Assembly: GCA_002189035.1 (NCBI GenBank)
Contig: NEEC01000015.1
Span: 1,178,001 to 1,242,000, forward strand
DNA: 64,000 nt
Origin: Utricularia gibba
Lineage: Eukaryota > Plantae > Magnoliophyta
Direction: 5' to 3'
The first letter of the stretch is position 1; each line of letters opens with the position of its first letter. A program made the position numbers and the translations under genes. The notes under the pieces were generated by a model. The model ran no database searches. It was not told the DNA's origin and saw nothing but the letters and a program-made list of their open reading frames with translations. Below, in pieces: positions 1 to 13,223 of this stretch.

Positions 1-227
1 CGGCTGCGGCTGTGGCGGTTGAGGAATCGACATTGGCACTTGATCCAAAGCTGGCTTACCCCCCTAGTAGCGATCAAATACTCCTGGAACGCAACTTCCG
101 CCGCGTCGTTCCAGCAAACACCTTGCGTGCATGCCGTCGTTCCGGGATTGAAAAAGTTGACGTCCAACACCGGCGGCGAAGATGAAGAAGACGACGAGGA
201 TACCGAACCAGGGTTTGGGGCTTGCAT
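1..227 (-). CDS. Possible 5' end of an unidentified gene running off the window edge (MQAPNPGSVSSSSSSSSPPVLDVNFF...)
   Basis: ATG at 227 on the minus strand starts an open, GC-rich, Ser-rich frame, preceded by a GA-rich UTR-like leader (230-490). No family recognised. Confidence 0.25.
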   Translation of the reverse strand, partial: MQAPNPGSVSSSSSSSSPPVLDVNFFNPGTTACTQGVCWNDAAEVAFQEYLIATRGVSQLWIKCQCRFLNRHSRS

Positions 228-849
228 GATACCTACCACTCACCTTCTTCTACACACTCGACAATGGCGACAGTGGCCGCAGTCCCATTCCCAAGTCCCT
301 CCTGTTTTACCCGTCAGTTAGCCCCCCCAGTCGTGATTAGGTTACTTAATTAAGCTTAGATTAGAGTACTAATCCAGGCCGCTATTGGTCTTCCGGTTAA
401 TTAATTACATTCATCTTACCGGATCCTCATTTCTCTCCACGCCGATCCTCTTTTCCCTCCACAGTACCCTCCCCCGTTACAACGGAAACGTATTTTTTTA
501 ATCAATTTTTCAAAAAAATAAAATAAAATCCTTGCGTTGAACCGGATCGAACCGTCTGCGTGGAAGCAAGCCGGGTTTAGATATTGTAGAGAAGCGGGTT
601 CTTTAAACAGCTTGAAATCAGTGAACCGGTTCGGCGCTGCTCAAACTAGACGTAAAAGAGAGCAGCAGCTAATGATGGATTGCCGTATGACTGAGTAGCC
701 ATTGTTTGTTGGTGAAGTGTATGCCGATGGATGTTTGTTTCCAGGATATGTGAAAAAGAGATGTGCCTACAGGATGGAGCAGAGGGGCTCGTTTGGGCTT
801 CGAAATGCGACGAATCCAACTGCGAATTTCGGGACGATGGATGATCAGA

Positions 850-3426
850 TCAGCTGAACTTCCCCAGCTCCATCTTCTTTTTGATGGCTCTTTGGCCGTG
901 GTACACGAAGGAGTCGATTATTCCAGAGACAGTGAATACCCCTGAACATGGTAGGATCAGACGGGTTTAGATGGAAACTGGGAATGATACACCACACAAG
1001 GAGAAGAGGAGGTACCTCCAACAATGGCGCAGACGTTTGTGAGGAAGTGCAGGAATGATATGTGCGTTTCTGTGAAAGTCACCTGTCACCAAAGTAGAAT
1101 TGTCACTTGTTCACTGAGTTGCTACGGAAATCAGAAGGGAATACCTTAATGGGGGAAAGATCATAGAAGAAAAACACTCCTGGAATGGACAGAGGAAGGC
1201 CCAGCTCATATCCTTTAAAATGTTCAGTTACAGAGAACTGTAATGAATGTTATACTCTGGTGTTAGCTTGTTTTGGGGATAAACAGAGGATGATGTAAGT
1301 GGTGCCTCCAACAGACCTGATTCGATAGGATTTTGTGCCCATTGACATCTGTAAATACGGTTGGTACCACCTGAAATCCAAACACAACATTCAAGAATTT
1401 CACCAACCTCAATCAAATACATTCATGACAAAAAAAAAAAGGAAATGAAAAGCTAGCATAATATACTCCCATTAGTGAACTACACGGTGCAATGCAATGA
1501 AACATGGACATAAAAATACATTCAAAAGGCAATAAAGTAAATTTAGAACAAAGGGTATAATATAACTACACGCTGCTGTTAAAGGACTATTCTGGCTGGT
1601 TCAAACCTTGAGGAAGTACTGATACATGGCGTTTGCTGAATGTTGAGTCCATTCTGCACTGCAGGAAATAGAACATGAGTGCAAGCGAGGGAAAGAGCAG
1701 CATTTAATCACCAAAGGAAATGTGAACTGAAATTTTAAAAAATACCCATCGAGAGGATTCACCACACCAGGGAAATAGTCTCCAAATGCTAATCTGTTGA
1801 TCTTGTGACTAATCTGTGAGTTAAATAAGATGCTTTGTTGAGGCTAGCTTTAGAAAAAAGAAAATAGAGAAGGGTAGATTGTGCAATCTTACATTAAAAC
1901 TGTCCTTTTGAAATGCCACAAGGTCATGAACATGCACGCTTGAATGCTGAAAGCTCTTCCCAGGAGCAAAGTGAAAATTACCGCCTACCTTATTGACATC
2001 AATGAACCCATATAAATTACAACCTTCGCCTTCTTCATCTTTGATTCTTTGCAGAAATCCTTCCCGCTTGCACTGATTAAAAAAAAAAAAGAATAAGCAG
2101 ATAATGCACAGGAAGCATAGGATTTTTCGCACAAGAATATGCCACAGAACAGTACTATTCTTATATCATATGCTAGGTCATTTTTGTTTAAAACAACCAA
2201 CTTTCAAAAAAGCAATGAAATAGGCCCAACAAGAGAAATACCTGATCAATCAAATCTGGATTTGTTACTGCCCAGCCCTTCTTACGATATGCTTCTCGAA
2301 CTTCTTCACAATTATTACAGCATTCATGATCTGACTGAAGAAAAAGAAAATTGTGCTTTATGAAACAAGGCATATAAAGGTGTATCACGTGTATTGAAAG
2401 ATTGCTACTTGGAAACAAACTGAGTCAAGGTGTATTAAAGACATAATCAGTTTGTGCAAAATTGCCTCAAATGCAGAAAACCATAAACATGAAAAACCAC
2501 AACACTAAAAAGAAGAAATCTTGCATTAAATTCTGGAAGAGTAGACTACCGATTCTGCACCATAACATGAACCACAATACGTCTCATTGTGTTCAAGCCT
2601 TCCACCATGCTTCTGTAAAGGGCGCTCAATCTAAATTTAGAAGGGGAAGAAGAAAATGACTTGCCAGAAACTGGAAGGGCTTTACAGAATAAATGCAAGT
2701 GCATCTGAAAACTCAAAATGTCAAATATTAGAAATACAGATGTTTCTGGATCACCACTAGCGGTTCATTGTGTTCGGTAAGAAGGATCATTTATTGAATC
2801 ACCTTGTTAGAGGCAATAGTATCCGGCCTACTGTCTATTACATTTCCATGAGCATCAATCCTCTTCTTGATAATATCATGTCTCTGAAACAGGCCACACA
2901 ACAGCTAAAGAGAAATGGAATGAGAAAGATTTAAAAAACCTTAAAATGGAAGAGTGCTTACGACATCCAAATGCTGCTCTCCACTAATATCCATAGCATC
3001 AACACTGACTATAGAACACGCAAGAGCTGGGAAAGTTATATCGAACTGCATTTTAGGTAAGCATAAATAAACCATGTATCAGCCCCTCAAAGGTAAGAAC
3101 ATTAAAGATAAAATGGGAAGTAGATGATTTACGTTGATTCGAAGCCTTTCAGCCCTTGATGTATCTACTACCAGTTTCGTCTCTGTTAACGGATACAGGT
3201 ACATTCCTGCACATTAACAACAAATAAACATCCATTTTCACATAGAAATGAACAATAGATGCACCGTAAGCGTACAATACAAACCCAGTTCAGAAATGAA
3301 GAGTAAGAGCATAATGACCGATGAAACAAGCGTTATGACGCCTCCAGAGAGAGTTCTACTGTAGAAGTCCTCGTTGATCTTAGGGTACGCATCAAGACTA
3401 CGCAATTTCCCAATTACGCTCTCCAT
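850..3426 (-). CDS. ERGIC3: ER-Golgi intermediate compartment protein 3 (Erv46/ERGIC3 family), multi-exon
   Basis: Exon 1 reads MESVIGKLRSLDAYPKINEDFYSRTLSGGVITL; internal exons give CCNNCEEVREAYRKKGW and GCNLYGFIDVNKVGGNFHFAPGKSF; last exons give VTFTETHISFLHFLTNVCAIVG/GVFTVSGIIDSFVYHGQRAIKKKMELGKFS with TGA at 850-852. GT-AG introns. Confidence 0.95.
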
Positions 3427-4652
3427 CAAATAAAAAACCACCAAGAACGTACAAAAATAACGGAAGCACGGAAAAAAATCTCCAGAGCGGTGGCGTATTA
3501 GAAGACCCTCCGGCGAAGCGTTGTATACATTCTTTACGGGCCTCCGTAATTCACATATTCCGAAACCCAAAAAATAAAACAAAAAGACTATTCCTTATAG
3601 AACTTCGAAAGTAAGACGATGAACTCCGGGCGTTCAGCTCCGATCGGAAACTGAAATCTCGCCGTCGCGGCGACTCTTGCCTTGCTGGCCTTCTTTTTAT
3701 GGCAATTGACAAAAATGAAAAAATAAATAGTGTCTTGTATACTACACCAATTATCAAATAATTTATGCTTTTATTATCACTAGAAATTTATCGATAAATA
3801 AATTCTCAGAAATAATTTATTACAAAAATTGTGTGTATTAATAAATTGGGATAGATTTTATTACTACATTAATGAACTAGCTCATTTATATTTTTTTTTA
3901 TAGAAATTGAAAAAAAAAACATTTTCTCAAATTATGTTTTTGAAAAAGCACATAATAAGATTTTCGATAATATATTAATAAATCAATGATTTACATTATT
4001 TCAGATAAAAACATAAAACTTTTACCCCACATTTATTATTATATCTCAAATATTGAGTATTTACACTTCATTCATTATCTCATATTTTATGTAATATTTC
4101 AATATTTGATTCTCATAATTTTGCATTGTTTTTTTTAAAGAATACTTCATATAAAATTAAAAGTATCATTCCACTAAATAAGTTTCATTTCAATTCGTAA
4201 CTAATGTAAATTATTGTCATTAAATCTATAACTTTACATTCTTTCTCACTTAAAACATTCAATGTAGTTGTCAAATGCTCCTAGTTCTACCATTACAAAT
4301 GAAAACTTAAAAACATGAAAAAAAAAAATGTATAAGAAAACTTAGAATGATGATAGTATTAGATATTTTGACATGTTTAGTCGTTTTTCGGACTATGAAA
4401 CCTTAGAAATAAGGAATCATTACATATAATTTATTCGATCAAATCAATGTTTTAAAATTCGCATTTTTTTCCGAAATGAAACATTCTGGAAATTTCTTTT
4501 GTCCTTTTTTAGAGGTAAAGCGTTTTTATATTAATTCCCCGTAATGGCAAAGATTCTATTCAATGAACAGTTATTGGCAAAATCTCCTTCCATAGAATCT
4601 CCTATTCGATTACCTTAATGGCCACTGCCTCCATCCATCCCTCCGGCGCCTC

Positions 4653-4660
4653 TATATAAA
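4653..4660 (+). promoter_or_regulatory. TATA box of the PMEI-like gene
   Basis: TATATAAA 50 nt upstream of the ATG at 4711. Confidence 0.6.
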
Positions 4661-4710
4661 GAAGCATCCCGGAGCATTTCTAACGCTATACAGCAGCAGC
4701 AGCAGCAGCA

Positions 4711-5223
4711 ATGGCGTCCCCCTGCTCCCTGTTCCTCTTCCTGGTCCTCACGTCGGCCTTCGCCGTCGCCACCCACGCCGACTTGATCGCGAACATCTGC
4801 GGGAAAACCAGCAACCCCGACTTCTGCAACAGCGTGATCAGATCGGACCCGCGCTCCAAAGGCGCTAACCTAGCCACCATCGGAAGGATCGCGGTCGACA
4901 AGGCGATAATAGCGTGTAAGCAGATCATCTTCGTGGCCAAATCGGTACGGAACAAGAAGAACAAGATGATGGTGTCCGACTGCCTGGAAGTGAGCTGGTC
5001 GGCGATAGAGAGCGTGAAGGAGTACAAGATCTCACTGCCGCCTCGTACCAAGATCGACGTTTCGAATCTGCAGACGAAGGCCTCCGCGCTGATGACCGAT
5101 ATGGATACCTGCGACCAAGGCTTCGAAGATGCGGACGTCGTGGAGCCGCAGAAGTTGAAGGAAGCGACCAGCCAGGCGACTGCCGTCGGCCAAATCTTGC
5201 TGATTGTGGCTAATAGCTTTTGA
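4711..5223 (+). CDS. Plant invertase/pectin methylesterase inhibitor (PMEI domain), secreted, intronless
   Basis: 170 aa ORF with a signal peptide, the C-x8-C pair (ICGKTSNPDFC), RSDPRS, and a second Cys pair (SDCLE...DTCDQGF). Confidence 0.9.
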   Translation: MASPCSLFLFLVLTSAFAVATHADLIANICGKTSNPDFCNSVIRSDPRSKGANLATIGRIAVDKAIIACKQIIFVAKSVRNKKNKMMVSDCLEVSWSAIESVKEYKISLPPRTKIDVSNLQTKASALMTDMDTCDQGFEDADVVEPQKLKEATSQATAVGQILLIVANSF

Positions 5224-5985
5224 CCGCCGGCCGCCGGGAGAGATGAGGAGCCTTGGCGTTGGTTGGCCTGTTGCTATTTATTCAGACTTACCATATGCCG
5301 GAGACGCAAGCAATAAAAAAAAGGAAAATGATTTCAAAAAATAATTATTATATTTAAATTTAGGGGATATTATTTTACTTTACTAATATAGGGCATATTT
5401 ACACGCACGTTTAGAAATCATATTTGGTATAAGAAAAATGAATATTAAATATATTTGAAATAAATATGAAAGATTGGATACATTTAATATAAATAACGAA
5501 AACTTTACGTATATTTGTTGTAAAATATCCTTAATTATAAAGAAATTGTACCACACAAACTTTAAAATTAATGTTTATTATGAACAGAAACTTTTTTTGA
5601 ATAAAAACAAAAAACATTAACAACAGCCTTATAAAGTTTATAGCTATATTATTTGGACTTTGACTTTCGAATGAATATTAAAGGTAATAAAATTAAATTA
5701 AATTAATATTCATTATAAAAAAATGATTTTCAGAGAAATAACTAAATGAATGAGTTAGGTAATAAAAAATTTAAAGATTCATTTGAAAATTGAAATTTCA
5801 AAGCATCTACAATTTCCTCGTTCGAGCTCCACCCCCGTCATCGACGGCGCGGCCGGTCTGGGGGCAGGGAGGGCTGAGCGGAAGGTTACCGCGGCTGGGC
5901 TGGGCTTGTACCTTCTGTTGTGCTAGTCTGTATTGGGCTGGACAGGCGTTGAGGCCTGTGTGGTCTAATTCATACTTTCATATTC

Positions 5986-6058
5986 TTTTATATGATATTA
6001 TTTATTTCGATTATCAAATTATCATAATTTTGTGTTATTTACTTTCCAGAAAAGATTT
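5986..6058 (+). repeat. Copy of a short dispersed AT-rich repeat
   Basis: ATATGATATTATTTATTTCGATTATC...TACTTTCCAGAAAAGATTT aligns by eye with 41011-41083 (minus) and partly with about 14593-14620. Confidence 0.5.
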
Positions 6059-6554
6059 AGGATATTATTCGCTTTGGATATCAAATCAATATGATTTTAC
6101 ATTTTTTAGTTTTGGGAAAAAAACCTAAAAAAAGATATAATTACCTTAAACAAATTCCACATTCATTACGAATTAAATAGAGGTACAGTTAAGTTATCAT
6201 CTTTAATCTTACAAATATTTTATTTCAGTAGGGGAAAAGTGAAAGTTGATTGCTCTAAACGAACCCGTGGATGATTATAGTTGATTTGCTTGTTTTCACA
6301 TTTGGACTGTGGGTTGTTTTGCATTTGCGGTAGACCCTTTCTTTCCCCTTTTGAGTTAGTGTAAGCTGGTTGTTCACGGAGCGAATTCGTCACATTTCAG
6401 TATGAATACAAGTTCGAGTTCGTGACCAGGGAAAAACGTATCGTCAAAGTCAACTGAGAAATTGCACAGCAACTTCCTACGGAGTTTGTTCTTCTCCATA
6501 TAAAGTGAACCGGATCCTCATTCTTACAGTAGCTGTAATACTTGTATTGAAAGG

Positions 6555-7022
6555 TCATTCCTTTTCACCCAACGCCTTCTTGATCAAGCCTGTTTGCCGG
6601 CCATAATGAGCAGAAACGAGCTTCAGTGGATTAGAAGAGTCTCTCAGCACACCCATCTCGAATTGGATTTACAGCAGAGCGGTCGCCACCGTCGTCTCTT
6701 GAATGATCTCCCGTTTCCGCCATGTCCACCGGAGCACAAAACAGACCTGCAACTCCCACTCCCGCCATGCATCTTCCCTCCACCATCCATAAAGCTCGTG
6801 AAGATCAGGAACGATCCCTTCTATATTGCCTACAGAAATGTCATCAGGGACACTGACAATGGTGATCGTTCTGGTTCGAGTAGGAGAGCTCCAGCTCCTT
6901 GGTTGACGAAGATCATAACCAGTTTTCAGGTGAAACCCATGTCCAGCTCCAGGATGAAGAGCAGTATGGTTAAACCAGCACAGATCTCCCGGCCAAAGCC
7001 ACCCCCAGGCTTAACAGGCCTT
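6555..7022 (-). pseudogene. Unassigned coding-like 3' gene fragment
   Basis: GC-rich island with a pyrimidine-rich acceptor (TCTCTTCTCAG) at 7023. One minus frame is open for about 110 codons, has one TAA, then ends ...AHYGRQTGLIKKALGEKE-TGA, followed by 3'UTR-like sequence. No upstream exons found. Confidence 0.3.
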
Positions 7023-7145
7023 CTGAGAAGAGAATACATGTAACGAACGAATAAATGACATTAGCAAACCCCCAAGAACTTCTTGGGAAGATAGGTTTTT
7101 TTACACTTGTTTTTAGAATTATGTTTGTTTGATAAACATAATTCT

Positions 7146-7409
7146 AAAAATCATTTGAACAATTTTTGTATAATATATCTTACTATATTTATAAAAAACT
7201 TTTTTTGATACAAAAAATGGACATCTTAATCTTGTATGAGTTTTTTTTTATTAAATGAGATAACATAAAATCATAAAAAATCATTTGAACAATTTTTGTA
7301 TAATATATCTTACTATATTTATAAAAAACTTTTTTTGATACAAAAAATGGACATCTTAATCTTGTATGAGTTTTTTTTTATTAAATGAGATAACATAAAA
7401 TCATAAAAA
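7146..7409. repeat. Perfect 130-bp tandem duplication (2 copies)
   Basis: 7151-7279 is identical to 7281-7409 base by base. Confidence 0.95.
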
Positions 7410-8181
7410 TTGAATGATCAAAATAGATAAAATTATACAAAATTATGGTTATTGCAATTTTAAGTATATATTTATTTATTTAAATGTATTATTTGTGCAC
7501 AAATATTATATCAATGTTATTAAAAATCTCAATAATTAAATTTTTTTTATCCTCTAAATCAAAATGATTTAGAAATTTGATTATCTTGTTTAATATATAA
7601 AACGAAATTTATAAATGAATTCTAAAATCAGGTTTCAAAATAGGGGCCCCCCGCTCCACAACCATGCCGCACCTTGTCAACAGTCACGGGTTTCAGTGCA
7701 ATATAATAATAAAGCGAGGTGCAAATTGATATTTTTAAAAAGAAAGTCCATTAAAATGTTTGATTACTTTTAAATTAAAAATTACGGCATTGAGTATCTA
7801 TCTGTCACGCCCACGACTCGAATAGACGGGCAGGAACACAAGTCCCCCACAGATTATTTTATTAAGAAATAAATAAATAAATAATATATATACACACGTG
7901 TAAAAGAACTTTATTTATTATATTTCCATAATCATTTGTTTAAATAAAATTTTCTGACACTGGCACTAAAATATATCCAGTTCTCCATGCAAGGAATGCA
8001 GTCACAGAGTTGAAAAGAATGCAATGGTGAAGGCAAGAATGAATGTCTGTAGTATCTATCTACAAGAACGAATTTGGGGGGTATGCGGCTACTGGTATCT
8101 AGCATGGTGTGTGAGTAAGTTCTGTGGCCAGTTTCAAGCAACAAGGACACAGGCGGCTGGTTCTCTGGTGCTGGATTGTCG

Positions 8182-11002
8182 TCATGAGATGGCCTTGGAG
8201 TTAGAGGAATTGGTGGGGTGTTCTGATTTCCTGCACATGCAATCGGGCATTGGGTGCATGTAAAGAGACCCATTCTGCTTCCTCAGCTCGCTCCCCTTGA
8301 TGTCGTTGTGCCGCAGCATCTCCTGCAGCTGCTTCTTCATCTCTGCCCATCTGAGAGGCGGGACAAGGACAGGAGTGAGCTCCATTGAGTTTTGTTTTGC
8401 AGGGGAATGCATGATTTGATTACCTTATGTTCGTCTTGTCGAACAGCTGGACGACCTTCCTCTTGTCGGGTTTAATGGTTCTGGCATGGCCGTCGTAGAG
8501 GTAGCGTCTGTGGCCTACCAGGAAATGTGGGAAGTTGCCGCCCTGTGTTGTCACGAAGACTTCGCTCTGGAGGCAGACTGTGTAGTCCAAGGCGGCGAGT
8601 CTGGAGGAATGGCCCTGAAGCAAGCAAATTGACCAGAGACAGTTAAGTGTTATGGCATCATGCTTGCACAGTGCTGATCTGATCTCCTACCATGAATGGT
8701 TCGAGTTCTTCTGAGGAGGCGAGTGTTTCCTTCGTCTCCAGCAATGGAAACATCTGCTTCAGAGGAGCCATATGCTTCTCCACCTTGTAGATTTTGCCGG
8801 CTGCGACGAACAAGGCGGTCGTGTTGTCGAATCCCATGCCTCTAAGTATCATCCCCACCTGCATAACAACAGCAGCAGAGTTTGATGCAGATCTTCCTTC
8901 AACCATTTCTGTATCAACTGCTGTACCTCCAATGGAGTTAGAGGACACTTTCCATCCACACGATTTGCTCCTGGCCTTATAACTCGTCCCTTCTTGTGAA
9001 ACTTCCCTCTCCAGCTTCGTTCCCGAACGATATCCATTTCGATCTTCTCTTCTTCTCCCCCATCATAGATGCAGCATGAGAACGCAACCATGTCCTGAAT
9101 GTGGAAAGCCAAGCATGAACAACGAACTCAAGCAGTTATCTGCAATGTACATGTATATACCTCTTCAAATCGGAGGTGTACTGACACATATCGTCCTCCG
9201 GTTTTCGAGCTCTTCTTTACCATTCGATCTACCATCTTAGCACTTAGCATCCTTATGGGATCTGAGAACCGAAGTGCTTCGAAATTGCACAGGCATCGAA
9301 GCCCCTGGATGTTTGGAGGAACATCCTGAGCCAGTCTGTTGGAGAAAGGTGCAATCCGGACAGCCCTGCAACAGTATTGCACACAGATTGGTTAAAGAAA
9401 CAGCATCTTCTGACGAGAGAGATGTGCAAAATGGGATGCTCACTTCAGCTCCAAGAGCTTCGGCAGAACCCTTTTAAGGTAGTATGTAGGACTCGACCAG
9501 CCTTTCACTCGCAAGTTCACAATGCTGCTGATGTTGTTATCGAAACGCTGGAGTACATCTTCTGGTAGCTCCCTTATCACAGTAACATGATTTCTTAGAG
9601 CATAAATGAAGAACTCCTCATCAAAGATATCCCCAAACTTGCTGTGAAGATGGACAATAAAAAAAAATCAGCACAAAGTTTCAACAGCAAAGCTAGTAAT
9701 CACAAAGCGTATTCGCCTTACCTCGAGTCTCGCCAAACACTGTTTAAGTGAAATATGGGAATAACGAGGGTTGCATTCAGCAAACCCGCCACTGCCACTG
9801 CATCACATATCTGTGATAGGTAGAAAAATGTAACACATGAACACTACAGCACAGATGTTTCTTCTTTTTTATGTACTGTAATTCATATGCTTTCAGATTT
9901 GTGTTAGTGCTACTTGCAAAGCTTCTGCAATAAATGGTAAATGAAAACTCAGAGATGGAATACCGATAATCTTTGCTGATTCAGTCCCCCATTTGCCTCG
10001 ATTATAAGGTAGCCATTGGATGTAGGAACTTCCAGCGAGCCTTCATCCACTCAACAGAAATACAGGATCAGAAATAGATCAACAATGACACCATAAGCAT
10101 TCAAGTGAAGTGGCTGGTTCACTCTCTCATGTTCTCTTTTTTTAATGGATAAGTCACAACTACGACATCACTGTTTTCCAGATTAATAAGAGCTAAGAAA
10201 TCTGAATAACATGGGAAAAAGGTAGTCTTTTAGTTCACCTGACGTAGGGAGGCTCTGTTCGATACATGGTTTCCATCCTCGATGAAACTTTGGGCTCCAG
10301 ACATTACTTACCTTCAGAACAAAGCATTACAAAGTATTACAGAAAGAACACATAATTCAATTAGTTTCTTTCATGAAATCATGTTTTATGAAGTCATGGA
10401 TAGCAATACAGTCTACCATTAGTTTCACATGCACATATTGTAAGAGCTCAGGAAAATGGAAGACAGAAATTTGGCTTGCTATATGTGAAATCTCCAAAAG
10501 AAAATCACAGATACTTCACAATGTAATTCATGATTGATTGCAATGTCACAACTACTGGGAATTTCAAGTAGAGCAGTTAACTAATCACCATGTTTGAGGT
10601 TCTATTGGCTTCAGCTTCCATAGAAGGCCATAACTTTTCAAAAACCAATGGACTTCTGTACACAGTTCCCGGACCGACGGCATCGGCAGCCTTATTGCCA
10701 TGACTATTCACAGACTCAAAACCAATTACGCCCATATACATAAGCATAGCACAAACATAGAACAGTGGAGCAAACAAAAGCACCCTTCTCCTTCTGTACA
10801 ACGCTGAAATGAAAAAACAACCGAAACTAGCCATTGCATTTCTCAACTCTCCTCTCCCACCAACACCGCCGCGGAAATTGCCAAATCCATCGCCTTTCCT
10901 GAAAATTCCCGTGGCTTTGCCACGGCCACCGCTACCGCGGTGGCGCGGTGATGGTGGGGAGCAAGAACTCATCCCGTTGCTCAAGCGACTAAGCCCATGC
11001 AT
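8182..11002 (-). CDS. O-fucosyltransferase family protein (GT106/DUF246), resembling Arabidopsis At1g35510, multi-exon
   Basis: N-terminus MHGLSRL, type II TM segment, [77 protein letters not shown]-terminal PMPDCMC. Confidence 0.93.
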
Positions 11003-12155
11003 AATTTACAAGATTCAACTCCAACTTCGCCAAAAAATTGAGTTCTTTTCTCGATTCTAGTGTCGGTGAAGTGACATAGAGCAAGGGCTCGGAACTTCAA
11101 GATCTTCAGCGGCAAAACAAGGTATAAAAGTAAGCTTTTGGATGTGGGTTTTGCTTCTTTACTCCAGCAACAGAAGGGCAGCAAGTAAAAATGCAGTGGT
11201 GGTGTTACTCCTCCAGCCTTCAGGACACTAGGGCCCTAGCTCCGTGGGCGTAGCTTTGAAATGGATGGTGGCGATGGCGAGAAACAAGGGAACATGACGT
11301 AGCATTTATGAGGGTGGGATTCATGAAGGTGGAAGTTAAAAAGTTGTTGGAATCAAAAGCGTGGTGGATAGCTAGATGAAACCAGAGGCACAGTAGCAGA
11401 ATAATGCCAGTAACTATCCTTCAATCACTTCAGATCTAATGCAATAATGCATTGAAATTGTCGCGCAATTCATCCCCTAATTAACTGCGCTTGAAGAGTT
11501 TCCAATACGCCCCAAATTCCAATATTACTTCTCCTTATTCCTTCTTTCGCAAAAGGTGAAAAAGGAAGAGAGAATCTGGACCGCACAGAGATGACACTGG
11601 ATGTTGAATGTTGATGTCAACAACTGCAACTCCGCGCCAAAACCCCCAAAACCTTTAACTTTTTGCCTGCAATGAGTAAAGCGTAATGAGGTCGAGTTCC
11701 ACAGAGGGCTAAAAGAAGAACGGGGGCGAGGAGTAAAGGATTGGGTCTTTCCGCTGTTTTCGATTCCCTGGGGTGTTGGGTTTCTATCAGAGATCAGTTA
11801 TTCGTCGTTTCGATTGACTATTTATACTGTGATTTGAAATAGGTCTTTTTTCCAGGTTCTTCGTGATCTAAATCTGTATCTTTCGATACTGAAAAGTTTT
11901 TTCGTGATCTAAATCTGTACCCAGTCACGCCGTTAAGATCGATTTGATTTGAGAAGTAATTATTTGGGCATTGACGACAATACTCAGGTGAGTCAAGAAT
12001 TCGTATCCCAATAAAATAGATGTATATCTTGTTTCCTAGGTGCTAAAGACTCTTTTGTACAGTGAAATCAGTGATCCCAGGGCAGCCTAGTATAATAGTC
12101 ATGCCTTGTTACCAATCTAATCATATTTTTCCACCTTTCTTCATTTCTTTCAAGC

Positions 12156-13223
12156 CTAAGCCGCAGTAAAAACCGAAGCTTTACTGGGATTGCTTTCCTT
12201 ATGATTTAGATACTGGCTGCTCATTTGTTGATTGAAATCTCGAGCTCTAGTTTTCCTCCTGAGTTTGTTTTGCAAGTTGTACTCGTGTTGCTGCTGCACC
12301 TGATGGTGGAGCTGCATTTGCTGCTGATTCTGAAAGTGATACAAAGTTCGTAGCCTCACAATTTCCCTCTCCAACATTTCCTGTTCCCCTGGAGACACAA
12401 GTTTGTGAAGTTAGTCATTTTAGATTTCTCTTCAATGAAGAGACCGTAAGTTCAGCACATTGTTTGATCATATGCTCATGGGAAATGATCTCCAGACGCT
12501 CCCTGAGTGCTGCATTTTCCATGCTTAGTATCATATTATGCTGTTCCACAAACTGTAGCTCAGTCACCATTGCAGAGCCTTGTTGCTGTTTGCATAATAT
12601 GAGACAGAGTGTGAAATTTCCACTGATATTAGGTACAGACTTGGAAACAACCAGTAGTTGCATTTCACCTTGACAACATCAGCAGCACTTTCAAGCTGAC
12701 TTATGTATTGAAGTTTCCTGGTCCTTGCCTTGTGAGCATTGTTCCTGCAGGATTAGCATAACCCATCTTTTAGAACATGAAGCTTGTAGATCCAACGAGA
12801 ACGCAAGACGACAAGTCATGGAAATTACTGCCTCGGTGGTTTTGAGTCTGATCCGGAGGGCCTAGCTTGACCTTCCCTGCTATGTTCTAACGCTGCTGAG
12901 TGTTTCTGGTTCCTATCTTCGATCCCTACGACCTGCCCTTCATTTCCTCTTCTGTGAAACGGAAGTGGATGCTGCCATCTCTGTCCTCCTCCTCCGACAC
13001 CCGATGATGCACACGTATTGGAATCACTCACCGATCGGCGATGGGCTTTACGAAAACATGACTGATCATCATCTTCATCAGGGTCCCTGAGAAGATCATC
13101 TAACCAAGATGGCTGCTCCAATTCCCAGATGAAACTCTCAGAAGAGCATCGTTGATGATGGGCGAACTCATCGACACTGATGAAGGGTGAAGGCACTCCA
13201 TACAAACCGGTAGCAGAATCCAT
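12156..13223 (-). CDS. bZIP transcription factor (group E / At1g35490-At4g06598-like), 4 exons
   Basis: HQRCSSESF..EQPSWLDDLL..HRRSVSDS; spliced basic region RQNNAHKARTRKLQYISQLE; zipper ILSMENAALRERLE...LEREIVRLR; Gln-rich tail. Confidence 0.88.

Noticed and set aside
4574-4592. Partial miR399-site similarity (TTGGCAAAATCTCCTT)
   Set aside because: The pairing breaks in the seed-complementary part, and the site lies upstream of the TATA box.
6350-6430. tRNA/SINE-like A box (TAGTGTAAGCTGG) and B box (GTTCGAG)
   Set aside because: No T-stem or acceptor-stem pairing, and the spacing is too long.
12690-12760. bZIP basic region NNAHKARTRKLQY as a novel DNA-binding variant
   Set aside because: A similar NAHRAR basic region is recalled for the At1g35490-type subfamily, so it is not new.
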